A DNA stretch of 62,052 nucleotides from the IMG/VR virus record IMGVR_UViG_3300017766_002106, positions 1 to 62,052 of that record; one strand, written 5' to 3'. The notes under the pieces are model-generated. The model saw nothing but the letters and a program-made list of their open reading frames with translations. It made no database searches and was not told the origin of the DNA. Source of the DNA: a virus (taxonomy: Duplodnaviria > Caudoviricetes). The first letter of the stretch is position 1, and every line of letters begins with the position of its first letter. The translations under genes were made by a program, and so were the position numbers. Shown one piece after another: positions 1 through 8,389 of the stretch.

Positions 1-145
1 AGCAGAAGATCCAGAGTTTGAAACCTTCTACACGAAGAATATTCTACTCAATGAAGGTCTTCGTGCTTGGATGGCGCCAGTAGATCAACCACACGAGCAG
101 TTTGTATTTCCTGAGGAAGTTCTACCAAGAGGAAACGCATTGTGA
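1..145 (+). CDS. psbD: Photosystem II D2 protein, C-terminal fragment (5' truncated by window edge)
   Basis: Frame from nt 2 reads [47 protein letters not shown], the conserved D2 C-terminus. Confidence 0.97.
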   Translation, partial: AEDPEFETFYTKNILLNEGLRAWMAPVDQPHEQFVFPEEVLPRGNAL

Positions 146-276
146 ATACTCAGTATCTTATATATTTGGTTCTGTTTGTATTTGCTCTAATCGTTATTCT
201 CAATGAGGATCATGATAATGATGATGATCAAGACGGGGGAATTTTACAACCCGTTTATTCACAAGGACAAACTTAA
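142..276 (+). CDS. Small membrane protein, 44 aa (not in ORF track)
   Basis: GTG start overlapping the psbD stop; [44 protein letters not shown]: one hydrophobic helix plus acidic DDDxDGG tail. Confidence 0.6.
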   Translation: MNTQYLIYLVLFVFALIVILNEDHDNDDDQDGGILQPVYSQGQT

Positions 277-278
277 AA

Positions 279-286
279 AATAAATA
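279..286 (+). promoter_or_regulatory. T4-type late promoter (AATAAATA)
   Basis: One mismatch to TATAAATA, intergenic. Confidence 0.5.
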
Positions 287-288
287 AG

Positions 289-313
289 AGGAGTTCTCTG
301 AACTCCTTTTTTT
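289..313 (+). terminator. Rho-independent terminator after psbD unit
   Basis: AGGAGTTC-tct-GAACTCCT stem followed by T-run. Confidence 0.8.
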
Positions 314-388
314 ATGCTATTCATTCTCATAAGTTTCATACTCTTCGGACTTTTTATGTTTATTATGTCTATTACACAAGATTTATGA
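314..388 (+). CDS. Very small hydrophobic peptide, 24 aa
   Basis: MLFILISFILFGLFMFIMSITQDL*; stop overlaps next ATG (ATGA). Confidence 0.4.
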   Translation: MLFILISFILFGLFMFIMSITQDL

Positions 389-939
389 AACGTGCAATTT
401 TTTCTATTCTTCTGGTTTTATTCTTTGTTCCATTAGAGTCTCAAAATAAAACTCTGAACAATTATGGAGTGAAGAATAGAACAATAGCACCTTCATTGAT
501 AAGTAATACAGTTTCTAATATTCCTATTACAAAGGAAATGAGTTATAAGAAACTGGAAACTTTAGTCCCTTATATTAGAAAAGCAAGTCAGCAATTTAGT
601 ATCCCAGAGAATGTTCTTGCCGCAGTTCTTTATGAGGAGATACTGCATCGCAAACCAGTTGATGTAAAGACCTTTGGAGTTGCGCAGATGGGAGTTCAGG
701 AGTTAGTAAAACAAGGACTGCCACCCAAGCAAGAACTTCTGGAAGATGATGAAGTATCTGTATGGTTGTTAGCAAGCAAACTCCGTCGTCTTCAGAATGA
801 AACTGGATCTCTCCGTACAGCAATCATTCTACATAATGGGTATTATGATTACCATGAGTCCGTAAGAAAGACTGCAAAGGACTCTAAAATTTTATCTCTT
901 TTAGAACAATATCAAGAAAGACGAACTTTATTTGTATGA
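385..939 (+). CDS. Putative lysozyme-like/lytic transglycosylase (SLT-like) protein with N-terminal signal/hydrophobic segment
   Basis: IRKASQQFSIPENVLAAVLYEE (catalytic Glu position), FGVAQM, AIILHNG match SLT motifs; hydrophobic N-terminus. Confidence 0.6.
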   Translation: MKRAIFSILLVLFFVPLESQNKTLNNYGVKNRTIAPSLISNTVSNIPITKEMSYKKLETLVPYIRKASQQFSIPENVLAAVLYEEILHRKPVDVKTFGVAQMGVQELVKQGLPPKQELLEDDEVSVWLLASKLRRLQNETGSLRTAIILHNGYYDYHESVRKTAKDSKILSLLEQYQERRTLFV

Positions 940-1058
940 TTTCTTCTACGACACCTTATAAACTTGCAGAAATAATTAGAGATACTTGGCCAGGTCTTTA
1001 CATGAAACCTAAAGTGCCTTACAATAAACAAAAGGATTCTAAAAATGAAAAAGTATAA
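936..1058 (+). CDS. Small hypothetical protein, 40 aa
   Basis: MISSTTPYKLAEIIRDTWPGLYMKP...; ATGA-coupled to upstream gene, fills the gap. Confidence 0.55.
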   Translation: MISSTTPYKLAEIIRDTWPGLYMKPKVPYNKQKDSKNEKV

Positions 1059-1353
1059 TGAAGAATATTTTTCAGTAATTGAAACTAAGACTGGTAGAAA
1101 AATTGCTGATTGTGGGGAAGAAGAGGATGCTCTTATGATGGTTTCATTTGATCCTCAGAATAGAACTATCACAAAAAATAAGTTTCTTATGGGTCCTGTT
1201 GTGGATGTGGAAATTCCAAAGGCACTTCCTACAACTGAGATTGTTGCAGTTCATACAGTATCTTCAGAAAAATTTGATGAATATATCGATAACTTAATTG
1301 AACCTAGAAAAGTAAAACTCCCAGAGGGTCAAGGTGAACCTGTAGTGATATGA
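1045..1353 (+). CDS. Hypothetical phage protein
   Basis: 102-aa ORF in operon orientation. Confidence 0.7.
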   Translation: MKKYNEEYFSVIETKTGRKIADCGEEEDALMMVSFDPQNRTITKNKFLMGPVVDVEIPKALPTTEIVAVHTVSSEKFDEYIDNLIEPRKVKLPEGQGEPVVI

Positions 1354-1484
1354 ATAGAATAAAAATAATTATTGAATTCTTTGAAAGAGATTCTGATATC
1401 ACTTTATATGATGAGTGGCATTACATTTATATTACGCTTAAAGAATGCGTAAAAATTTTAATGAATAAAAAAACTTTATGTTAA
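1350..1484 (+). CDS. Small hypothetical protein, 44 aa
   Basis: MNRIKIIIEFFERDSDITLYDEWHYIY...; ATGA overlap with upstream stop, fills the gap. Confidence 0.45.
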   Translation: MNRIKIIIEFFERDSDITLYDEWHYIYITLKECVKILMNKKTLC

Positions 1485-3199
1485 AAGTATTATTCTTTGG
1501 CATTTTGTCAAAAGATCATATGTGGGAATATGATTATATTGTAAATGAATTACTTCCAGAAGGAATTGAAAGGGATGATTATTTTTTATCCTTGGAACAA
1601 ATTAAAAATACTAATCATAAATTTGATATTTTAGTATACTTTTGCAGAGAACCTAATAATTACCCTTGGGGATATATTCCTACATATAACGATATTTTGG
1701 ATTGTGTACTGAAGGTAAATCCTGAAGTTATTATTCAATTATCGGATGAATTTGTATATGAAGATTTGCAAGATCATAATAAATTGGGGAATCATTGCAA
1801 ATTATTTTTAAGACATTATCATCATAAAAACTATTTTTATACTGATAATACAATTCATATGCCTCTTGGGTATAGAAATGGATTTACTGTTGAAGGCAAG
1901 GATATTAAAAGAATTAAAGATAGACAGTATAATTGGAGTTTTTTTGGAACTTATAAATCTGATCGGGAAGAATTAGTTAATAGTTTTTCTAAAATAGAAA
2001 ATGGAAAATATACCCTTCGTGATGAAAGTTCTACACAAATAATTCCATCTGATGAACTTGTGAATTACTTTATTGATTCAGTGTTTATTCCTTGTAGTAG
2101 GGGATGGTCAACTGTAAATACTATGAGATTATATGAGGCATCTATTTGCGGATCTATACCAGTAGTTGTAGTTTCTAGTAAAGAACAGGAAACTACTTTT
2201 AAATATGAACAAAACCCTCCGTGGATTTTTGCAAAATCTTGGGAAAGTGCAGTTGAAATATGTAAAAAATTATTGGAGGATGAGAAAAAATTACAATCTA
2301 TTCAAGATGAAATTTTATTATGGTGGGATAATAGAATTGGCAATATAAAAAAATTAATAAAAAAATGTCTAATAGAAGATTCATTAAATAAACTGAAAAA
2401 TTTTCCAAATATACATTGCGTAAGTTTAGAAGAAAATTTTGACAGAAGAAATTTACTATTGAATGAATTTTCTAAATACGGTATATCTGAAATTAATTTT
2501 TCTTTGTCAAAAAAATATCCAGAGAATAATCATATAATAGAAGGTGAGTATCTGGATGATAATATTATTAATTTAAGGGGAGCAGATTGCTCAGTATCTC
2601 ATATTAAAACTATTGATAAATGGATTCAAGAAACTAATGAAGAGTATGCCTTTTTCTGTGAAGATGATTTGAGTTTGGAGACTGTTGCATATTGGAACTT
2701 TACTTGGGATGAATTCTATAGTAAATTACCAGATGATTGGGAATGTATTCAATTATTCATTATCAGTGATCATTTTAAAGTTGAGTCTCTTGAAATATCT
2801 CCAAGAATGTGGAATTTTTGGGGAGCAACTGCTTATATTATGAAGAGAGATTATGCTAAAAAAATAGTTAGCAATTATTATAGAAATGATAAATACATTC
2901 TCAATCCAGTTAATGAAGAACCTATCTTTTGTTATTGGAATTTTGATTGGATATTAAATCAAGACCCTGACATATATTGGGAGTGGAGTTCAATTCATCA
3001 TAAGCTTCCAATCGTAGAGAACATTCTTTTTACTGGAATTGGGAATGTATATAATTGCCCATTATTTGTCGAAAATATTTCTATTGAATCTACATTTGTT
3101 TCTGGACATAAGTTCGGGCATTTAGAATCTCACGATTCTATTCTAAATTCTTGGAAGTTGCACCGACAAAATAAGTTATCATTACAGTTTATGGATTAA
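1478..3199 (+). CDS. Two-domain glycosyltransferase: exostosin/GT47-like N-terminus + GT25-like C-terminus
   Basis: N-half WSFFG...SVFIPCSRG...RLYEASICGSIPVV; C-half IHCVSLEENFDRR...CSVSH...FCEDD...GATAYIM. Confidence 0.75.
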   Translation: MLKVLFFGILSKDHMWEYDYIVNELLPEGIERDDYFLSLEQIKNTNHKFDILVYFCREPNNYPWGYIPTYNDILDCVLKVNPEVIIQLSDEFVYEDLQDHNKLGNHCKLFLRHYHHKNYFYTDNTIHMPLGYRNGFTVEGKDIKRIKDRQYNWSFFGTYKSDREELVNSFSKIENGKYTLRDESSTQIIPSDELVNYFIDSVFIPCSRGWSTVNTMRLYEASICGSIPVVVVSSKEQETTFKYEQNPPWIFAKSWESAVEICKKLLEDEKKLQSIQDEILLWWDNRIGNIKKLIKKCLIEDSLNKLKNFPNIHCVSLEENFDRRNLLLNEFSKYGISEINFSLSKKYPENNHIIEGEYLDDNIINLRGADCSVSHIKTIDKWIQETNEEYAFFCEDDLSLETVAYWNFTWDEFYSKLPDDWECIQLFIISDHFKVESLEISPRMWNFWGATAYIMKRDYAKKIVSNYYRNDKYILNPVNEEPIFCYWNFDWILNQDPDIYWEWSSIHHKLPIVENILFTGIGNVYNCPLFVENISIESTFVSGHKFGHLESHDSILNSWKLHRQNKLSLQFMD

Positions 3200-3217
3200 T
3201 TAAAGGAGAGTATTCAA

Positions 3218-3457
3218 ATGAAATTTACAGTTTATTCAAAGCAAGGTTGCCCCTATTGCGTGAAAATCAAACAGGTGCTAGAATTGGCAAGTCTTGACCA
3301 CGTAGTTTATACTCTTGGAAGTGATTTTAATAGAGATCAATTTTATGAACAATTTGGTTTAGGTTCTACCTTTCCTCAAGTTGTTTTAAACGATCAAGAA
3401 AATCTGGGTGGATGCTCTGATACAGTTCAATACTTACAGGAGAAAAAACTAGTTTAA
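3218..3457 (+). CDS. nrdC: Glutaredoxin
   Basis: CPYC active site, TFPQV, GGCSD; SD AAGGAG. Confidence 0.92.
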   Translation: MKFTVYSKQGCPYCVKIKQVLELASLDHVVYTLGSDFNRDQFYEQFGLGSTFPQVVLNDQENLGGCSDTVQYLQEKKLV

Positions 3458-3816
3458 TGGAAACTAATTTTTACGAAGTTTATAATGACGTAGAAAAAGC
3501 AATTGATTTTGCTTTTCAGGGAAAATTTGTTTTGAAATTTTATGATTATTTAAAAATTCGTAAAACAAAAAGATGTGAAGTTGAGGGATTTATTAAAAGT
3601 TTCACCGCAAATGAAATCAATAGTCTTGTTAGAGATTTAGATGATTATATTGAAGGTGGTTCAGATGAAATTCATAAACAACTTCGTGAAGGTTATGGGC
3701 ATATCCCAAAACCACAAGCAAGGAAAATTAGAAATTATTTGTCTAGTATTTTAGAAGATGCCTGGAAATATAATTATGATAAACGACCAGGAAGGCGGAA
3801 AAAGAAAACTAAATAA
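3457..3816 (+). CDS. Hypothetical cyanophage protein
   Basis: 119-aa ORF coupled to glutaredoxin (TAATG). Confidence 0.75.
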   Translation: METNFYEVYNDVEKAIDFAFQGKFVLKFYDYLKIRKTKRCEVEGFIKSFTANEINSLVRDLDDYIEGGSDEIHKQLREGYGHIPKPQARKIRNYLSSILEDAWKYNYDKRPGRRKKKTK

Positions 3817-3988
3817 ATTAGATCCTCATATTAATCGGGGATTTGAATTGATGTTAAGAACACATAATAGAAAGGAGAGACCATCAAGACCAAAAACATT
3901 TCATATTCGTTTTGGTAAGATGTTATCTCTCTTTAGAAGAGAGATACATTTAAGTTTTGATTTTCATTTAGATATTACTAAGAAGTAA
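3758..3988 (+). CDS. Hypothetical protein (start uncertain)
   Basis: ORF filling gap, NRGFELMLR motif. Confidence 0.5.
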   Translation: MPGNIIMINDQEGGKRKLNKLDPHINRGFELMLRTHNRKERPSRPKTFHIRFGKMLSLFRREIHLSFDFHLDITKK

Positions 3989-4004
3989 CTCTCGGAGAAA
4001 AACA

Positions 4005-4232
4005 ATGTTAGCAGTAGCTCTTACTCTAGGAACATTAATATCAATTATGTTTTTCTTTATGGGAGGCGTTTTGGGTTGGATGTTAAAGCAATATACTTTT
4101 GAAAAAAATTATGTTGCATATACTCACCCAGAAATGTTTGATAATAATGGTAATCTAATACCCGATGAAATTTTAGCAGTAAGGTTTGAAAATGACTATG
4201 ACAGCGACGACGAAGAAGAAGACAACGAATAG
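4005..4232 (+). CDS. DUF2973-like small membrane protein
   Basis: N-terminal TM helix then HPEMFDNNGN...EILAVRF; SD GGAG. Confidence 0.7.
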   Translation: MLAVALTLGTLISIMFFFMGGVLGWMLKQYTFEKNYVAYTHPEMFDNNGNLIPDEILAVRFENDYDSDDEEEDNE

Positions 4233-4785
4233 TGCTCCTATTCCTAAACTTCAGCCCAATCCATTTCAGCACGAAATTTTAGAACTTGTTTCAAAGCAAA
4301 GAAGTAATGCTAAGAAAGTAGAAGTTCTAAAAGAGTATCGTAATGATGGTCTTGTGACTCTTTTCATTATGAATTTCGATGAAAGTGTAATCAGTGCTCT
4401 TCCACCAGGTCCAGTTCCTTATGCTGGTGCTGAAGATCAAACTTCCCTTGGTGGGAATATGACTGATATGATTATGAGCAAGGCAAAAAATGAAGGTATG
4501 AAGAGTAATGGATATTATGGGACTGAAAGTTTTGCCGAGGATATGTTAAAGACTTCTATTCGTAATGAGTATAAGAACTTCTACATTTTTGTGAAAGGTG
4601 GAAGTAATTCAATGTCTCAGATGCGTAAGGAGAATATCTTTATTAATATGCTACAAGGACTTCATCCCCTTGAAGCAGAGTTGATGTGCCTTGTAAAAGA
4701 TAAAAAACTTACTGATAAATATAAAATATCTTTTGATGTTGTAAAAGAAGCATATCCCGATATTGTTTGGGGAGGACGTTCATGA
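4192..4785 (+). CDS. Hypothetical T4-like phage protein
   Basis: ~197-aa ORF; ...RKENIFINMLQGLHPLEAELM..VKDKKL..KYKI. Confidence 0.75.
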   Translation: MTMTATTKKKTTNSAPIPKLQPNPFQHEILELVSKQRSNAKKVEVLKEYRNDGLVTLFIMNFDESVISALPPGPVPYAGAEDQTSLGGNMTDMIMSKAKNEGMKSNGYYGTESFAEDMLKTSIRNEYKNFYIFVKGGSNSMSQMRKENIFINMLQGLHPLEAELMCLVKDKKLTDKYKISFDVVKEAYPDIVWGGRS

Positions 4786-5129
4786 GTCGTCTTCGTGATG
4801 TAGTAAAAAAGGCGCAGGAGAGATCTATGACTGATGAGAAACGGGAGAATGGAAATAATTCTGCGCAGTATGGATGTGAAATTCTCCTTCAAAAAACAAC
4901 TCTGGAGCAGGCAAAGGACAAAAGTTTTCCAAATGATGCACATTTGATTTGGTATAACGTAGGTGAAGAACAATGCCTTGATCTAGTTCGAGGTTCTAGA
5001 GTTCGTATTTTTGATATGTATTATGATAAGTATGGCCCTGGAGCAGTTAAAAAAATTGACTGGGGATATGGAAGAGTTAGCCCTAAGTTGTGGGGATATA
5101 AAGAACCTGAGAAGAAGAAAAGACGATGA
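4782..5129 (+). CDS. Hypothetical protein
   Basis: ATG at 4782 overlapping upstream stop, SD GGAGG; IFDMYYDKYG...WGYGRVSPKLWG. Confidence 0.75.
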   Translation: MSRLRDVVKKAQERSMTDEKRENGNNSAQYGCEILLQKTTLEQAKDKSFPNDAHLIWYNVGEEQCLDLVRGSRVRIFDMYYDKYGPGAVKKIDWGYGRVSPKLWGYKEPEKKKRR

Positions 5130-5320
5130 GTAATGGTTTTGGAAGTGAAAAAGTAAAAGTTTCTTTGAATGAAGCGGAACTAAATAAACTGATTAAAAAA
5201 TATAAAGGTCTTCGTAAATATATGAAATCCCCACTTTACCAAGTTAAGGTAATGGATGGAACTGAAACTGTAGTTTCGGAACTTATGGATGAATATAACC
5301 AAGACCCTGTAGATTTGTAG
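5126..5320 (+). CDS. Hypothetical protein
   Basis: 64-aa ORF, ATGA coupling. Confidence 0.65.
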   Translation: MSNGFGSEKVKVSLNEAELNKLIKKYKGLRKYMKSPLYQVKVMDGTETVVSELMDEYNQDPVDL

Positions 5321-5331
5321 GAAAAAAATTG

Positions 5332-5658
5332 ATGGGAAAGCATTATCTACTTAACTTGTATGGATGCTCGTTTGTTCTTTTGGACGACGAGCGTTGTCTT
5401 ATAGACTTACTGGAAAACGCGGCAGCTGCTAGTGGTGCTACAGTAGTTCAGACTATCTCAAAAAAGTTTGAACCACAAGGAGTCACAGTTCTCTGTTTGC
5501 TGTCTGAAAGTCATATTAGTATTCATACATGGCCCGAAGAAGGTAAGGCAGCAGTGGATGTCTATACTTGCGGAGATTGCAACCCAAAGATTGGATGTGA
5601 TATAATCATTCAGCAGTTATATGCTCAGGATCATACATTGAGTTATATTGAACGATAA
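5332..5658 (+). CDS. speD: S-adenosylmethionine decarboxylase proenzyme
   Basis: GKHYLLNLYGC, FEPQGVT, LSESHISIHTWPE self-cleavage motif, DVYTCG. Confidence 0.95.
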   Translation: MGKHYLLNLYGCSFVLLDDERCLIDLLENAAAASGATVVQTISKKFEPQGVTVLCLLSESHISIHTWPEEGKAAVDVYTCGDCNPKIGCDIIIQQLYAQDHTLSYIER

Positions 5659-5687
5659 AATCAAAATCGACTCTTGTTTCTATAAAA

Positions 5688-5714
5688 GGGGTAAAAAATT
5701 TTCCGCCAAAAAAT
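5688..5714. repeat. Dispersed intergenic motif, copy 1 (GGGGTAAAAAATTTTCCGCCAAAAAAT)
   Basis: Near-identical to 35736-35760; here flanked by inverted repeat AAGGGGTA/TACCCCTT. Confidence 0.6.
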
Positions 5715-5776
5715 ACCCCTTTAAGAATTTTAAAACGGTAACAAATTATACAAAAGTTTCCGGTAAATATTAATAA

Positions 5777-5871
5777 CGTTCATCCCTATGGGACGGAAGT
5801 AGGCCGACGAGGAACGGAACGTTCATTCGCTATTCGCAAATAGCGAACGCAACCGTTGAGCTAAAGGAACG
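5777..5871 (+). ncRNA. Tandem glutamine riboswitch-like RNA (glnA / Downstream-peptide class)
   Basis: Two units CGTTCA-hairpin-...-GGAACG: 5777-5816 (with GGAAGTAG) and 5820-5871 (with CGCAA...CTAAAGGAACG), upstream of SD AAGGAG and a short ORF. Confidence 0.75.
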
Positions 5872-5902
5872 CACCAATACCACAAGTAAAGGAGCAAACC
5901 AA

Positions 5903-5989
5903 ATGGCACTCATTCTTATCAAACAAAAGATGCTGAAAGAACAGCGTCTACGTGAGGCACAACTTTATATGGCATCTAGACTTGCCTGA
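5903..5989 (+). CDS. Riboswitch-associated small peptide, 28 aa
   Basis: MALILIKQKMLKEQRLREAQLYMASRLA*; strong SD AAGGAG; followed by terminator. Confidence 0.7.
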   Translation: MALILIKQKMLKEQRLREAQLYMASRLA

Positions 5990-5995
5990 TACTCT

Positions 5996-6022
5996 GGGGG
6001 GATTGACTTCCCCCCTTTTTTT
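5996..6022 (+). terminator. Rho-independent terminator
   Basis: GGGGGGA-ttgact-TCCCCCC + T7. Confidence 0.85.
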
Positions 6023-6031
6023 ATGTAAAAT
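6003..6031 (+). promoter_or_regulatory. Sigma70-type promoter overlapping terminator
   Basis: TTGACT-17 nt-TAAAAT. Confidence 0.7.
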
Positions 6032-6051
6032 TAGAGAAAACTAATTCGCCA

Positions 6052-6231
6052 ATGAATATTGAAAAAGTTAAACTAATTATCAAGAATATGGAATTATTAG
6101 TTCAAGCTCTTCAATTAGAAATTGAAGAAGCAGAAAAGAAACCTAATAATGTCATTAAACTAGATGAGTTACTTGGTAATCGCCAAGATAATTTGGGTGA
6201 TTATGAACCAGACTATTATGAGGAACCATAA
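6052..6231 (+). CDS. Hypothetical protein, 59 aa (not in ORF track)
   Basis: MNIEKVKLIIKNMELLVQALQLEI...YEPDYYEEP*; TAATG-coupled to next gene. Confidence 0.7.
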   Translation: MNIEKVKLIIKNMELLVQALQLEIEEAEKKPNNVIKLDELLGNRQDNLGDYEPDYYEEP

Positions 6232-6422
6232 TGTATGAAGATTTAACCGCTTTTGAAAGAGCACTTGCTAGGTTTGGAGATAAAGTTCAATATGTTGTTG
6301 GACTTGAAGTATCTGATAAGATGTCTCCAGAAGTGGCATATCAGGAAATTAAAGAGATGATGAAGGAACTTAAAAAACTTCGTAAAAAAGAAAAAAATAC
6401 TTGGGAGAATGAAAACGAATGA
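6231..6422 (+). CDS. Hypothetical protein
   Basis: 63-aa ORF coupled to thyX. Confidence 0.7.
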   Translation: MYEDLTAFERALARFGDKVQYVVGLEVSDKMSPEVAYQEIKEMMKELKKLRKKEKNTWENENE

Positions 6423-7174
6423 AACCAATTAAGGCAAAAGATCTTCTTGAGCTTGATAAGGAAATGAAAGTTGTCCTTCTCAATGCAACTCAAAATCCTC
6501 AGACTCTTGTATGGCAAGGAGGCAAGAACGATTACAGTGAAGATCCCATCCACACAAAGACGCCCCCAAATGAAACTGAATCTGGTAAGTGGGTAATTGA
6601 ACAACTACTTGCCAATGAAAGGGGTCATTGGGGTCCTCTAGAACATCCTGCTATTAGTTTTGATTGCGTGGGATTTGTTCATAATGTGATTGTTCAGGCA
6701 AGGACTCACCGTGTTGGTGTTTCTTTTGATGTTCAGTCTCAACGTTATACTGGACGAAGAGTTCTTAAGGTTGCCAAAGGAGAACTGACTCCACAACAGG
6801 TATTCTATGTTCGCCCCCCTGGTCTTTATTTGGATCGTAAGGGGCATAAGTATGAATGGACACAGGAAGACTACGAAAGGCAGTTAAAGTTCTGCCTGGC
6901 GGCATCTGAGAGGTATACAGAGGCATTTGAGAAGCGTGGTATGGCAGAAGAGCATCTCCGTGATTATCTTCCTCAGAACATTCGCCAGAACTTTGTGGCA
7001 TCTTTCTCACTTCGAGCAGCACTTCACTTCCTGGATCTTCGTGCTAAACTTGATGCTCAACTTGAAATTCAGGCACTTTGTGAAGGAATGGTTCCTGTAA
7101 TTAAGCAATGGGTTCCTGAAGTATTCCATTATTATGAAGAAAAGAGGCTACATAAAGCAAGACTTTCTCCCTGA
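6419..7174 (+). CDS. thyX: Flavin-dependent thymidylate synthase
   Basis: GHWGPLEH, QARTHRVGVSFDVQSQRY ThyX motif, FLDLR...AQLEI. Confidence 0.95.
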   Translation: MKPIKAKDLLELDKEMKVVLLNATQNPQTLVWQGGKNDYSEDPIHTKTPPNETESGKWVIEQLLANERGHWGPLEHPAISFDCVGFVHNVIVQARTHRVGVSFDVQSQRYTGRRVLKVAKGELTPQQVFYVRPPGLYLDRKGHKYEWTQEDYERQLKFCLAASERYTEAFEKRGMAEEHLRDYLPQNIRQNFVASFSLRAALHFLDLRAKLDAQLEIQALCEGMVPVIKQWVPEVFHYYEEKRLHKARLSP

Positions 7175-7179
7175 CACAT

Positions 7180-7338
7180 ATGAAAACGTGGTGCATTAAA
7201 GATCATCTTACAGGACACGTATTTAAAACTCTTATGACTGAAGAAGAGTTTCAACAATTCCTTAAAGAAAATCCAGATTTTGATGAGTGTGTTGATTGTA
7301 TAGAATGTGATGATGCACCTTCAATTTGTATCGAATAA
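7180..7338 (+). CDS. Small Cys-containing hypothetical protein, 52 aa
   Basis: MKTWCIKDHLTGHVFK...ECVDCIECDDAPSICIE*. Confidence 0.55.
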   Translation: MKTWCIKDHLTGHVFKTLMTEEEFQQFLKENPDFDECVDCIECDDAPSICIE

Positions 7339-7341
7339 ATA
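7334..7341 (+). promoter_or_regulatory. T4-type late promoter (AATAAATA)
   Basis: Near-consensus upstream of the phoH unit. Confidence 0.45.
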
Positions 7342-7366
7342 CATTCACATAATATGGAGTTTTAAG

Positions 7367-7612
7367 TTGGCAACATACCCAGTTATTAACAAGACCACTG
7401 GTGAACAAAAAGAAGTTAATATGAGTGTTCACGATTGGGATCAATGGAAAAGGGATAATCCTGAGTGGGATAGAGATTGGTCTGATCCTTCAACTTGCCC
7501 TTCCTCCGGTGAGGTAGGAGATTGGAGAGATAAGCATATCAATAAAAATCCTGGATGGGGAGAAGTTCTCAAAAAAGCATCAAAAGCAGGCGCTAGTAAA
7601 TCACAAATTTAA
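7367..7612 (+). CDS. Hypothetical protein upstream of phoH
   Basis: TTG start after SD GGAG: MATYPVINKTTGEQKEV...WKRDNPEWDRDW. Confidence 0.7.
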   Translation: MATYPVINKTTGEQKEVNMSVHDWDQWKRDNPEWDRDWSDPSTCPSSGEVGDWRDKHINKNPGWGEVLKKASKAGASKSQI

Positions 7613-7621
7613 TTCACCAAT

Positions 7622-8389
7622 ATGGCAAGAAAAAGAAAGAGTAGTGGCGACATTCAACCCATTGGTGTTGGGATGACCAATGCTAGGGCAATGCGTAAAA
7701 GAAAAAACCAGATTAATATTGAAAAACTTTTAGATATTGAACCTTTAACAGATAATCAAACAAAATTATTTGAGTCTTTTGACGAAGGAAAAAATCTTGT
7801 TGCTTACGGTGCTGCAGGAACTGGTAAAACATTTATCACTTTATACAAAGCATTGTGTGATGTTCTTAATGAAAGAACTCCTTATGATAAAATTTACATC
7901 GTAAGATCGCTTGTTGCTACTCGTGAGATTGGATTTCTTCCAGGAGATCACGAAGATAAGTCATCACTTTATCAAATTCCATATAAGAATATGGTAAAGT
8001 TTATGTTCGAGATGCCTGATGATGCAGCATTTGAAATGCTTTATGGTGCTCTAAAAACACAAGGAACAATCAGTTTTTGGTCAACTTCTTTTATTAGAGG
8101 AACAACTCTGGATAATGCAATCATTATCGTTGATGAATTCCAAAACTTGAATTTCCACGAATTAGATTCTATTATTACTCGTGTTGGACAAGATTCTAAA
8201 ATTATGTTCTGTGGCGATGCAACTCAATCAGATCTTCTGAAAACAAACGAAAAGAATGGTATTATTGATTTTATGAAGATCTTGAGGATTATGCCTTCCT
8301 TCGATGTTATTGAGTTTGGTGCAGAAGATATTGTTCGTTCTGGTCTCTGTAAAGAGTATATTCTGGCAAAACTTGAATTAGGTCTCTAA
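7622..8389 (+). CDS. phoH: PhoH-like ATPase
   Basis: GAAGTGKT Walker A, IGFLPG, RGTTLDNAIIIVDEFQN, GDATQSD. Confidence 0.95.
   Translation: MARKRKSSGDIQPIGVGMTNARAMRKRKNQINIEKLLDIEPLTDNQTKLFESFDEGKNLVAYGAAGTGKTFITLYKALCDVLNERTPYDKIYIVRSLVATREIGFLPGDHEDKSSLYQIPYKNMVKFMFEMPDDAAFEMLYGALKTQGTISFWSTSFIRGTTLDNAIIIVDEFQNLNFHELDSIITRVGQDSKIMFCGDATQSDLLKTNEKNGIIDFMKILRIMPSFDVIEFGAEDIVRSGLCKEYILAKLELGL

Noticed and set aside
6419-7174. Introns, inteins or homing endonucleases in thyX, phoH, gp32 or the helicase
   Set aside because: Genes are continuous and of normal length; no HNH, GIY-YIG or LAGLIDADG motifs recognised
7307-7366. N-terminal extensions in the ORF track (7307, 23825, 57707 starts)
   Set aside because: They overlap upstream genes or promoter boxes; downstream starts (7367, 23858, 57725) fit better
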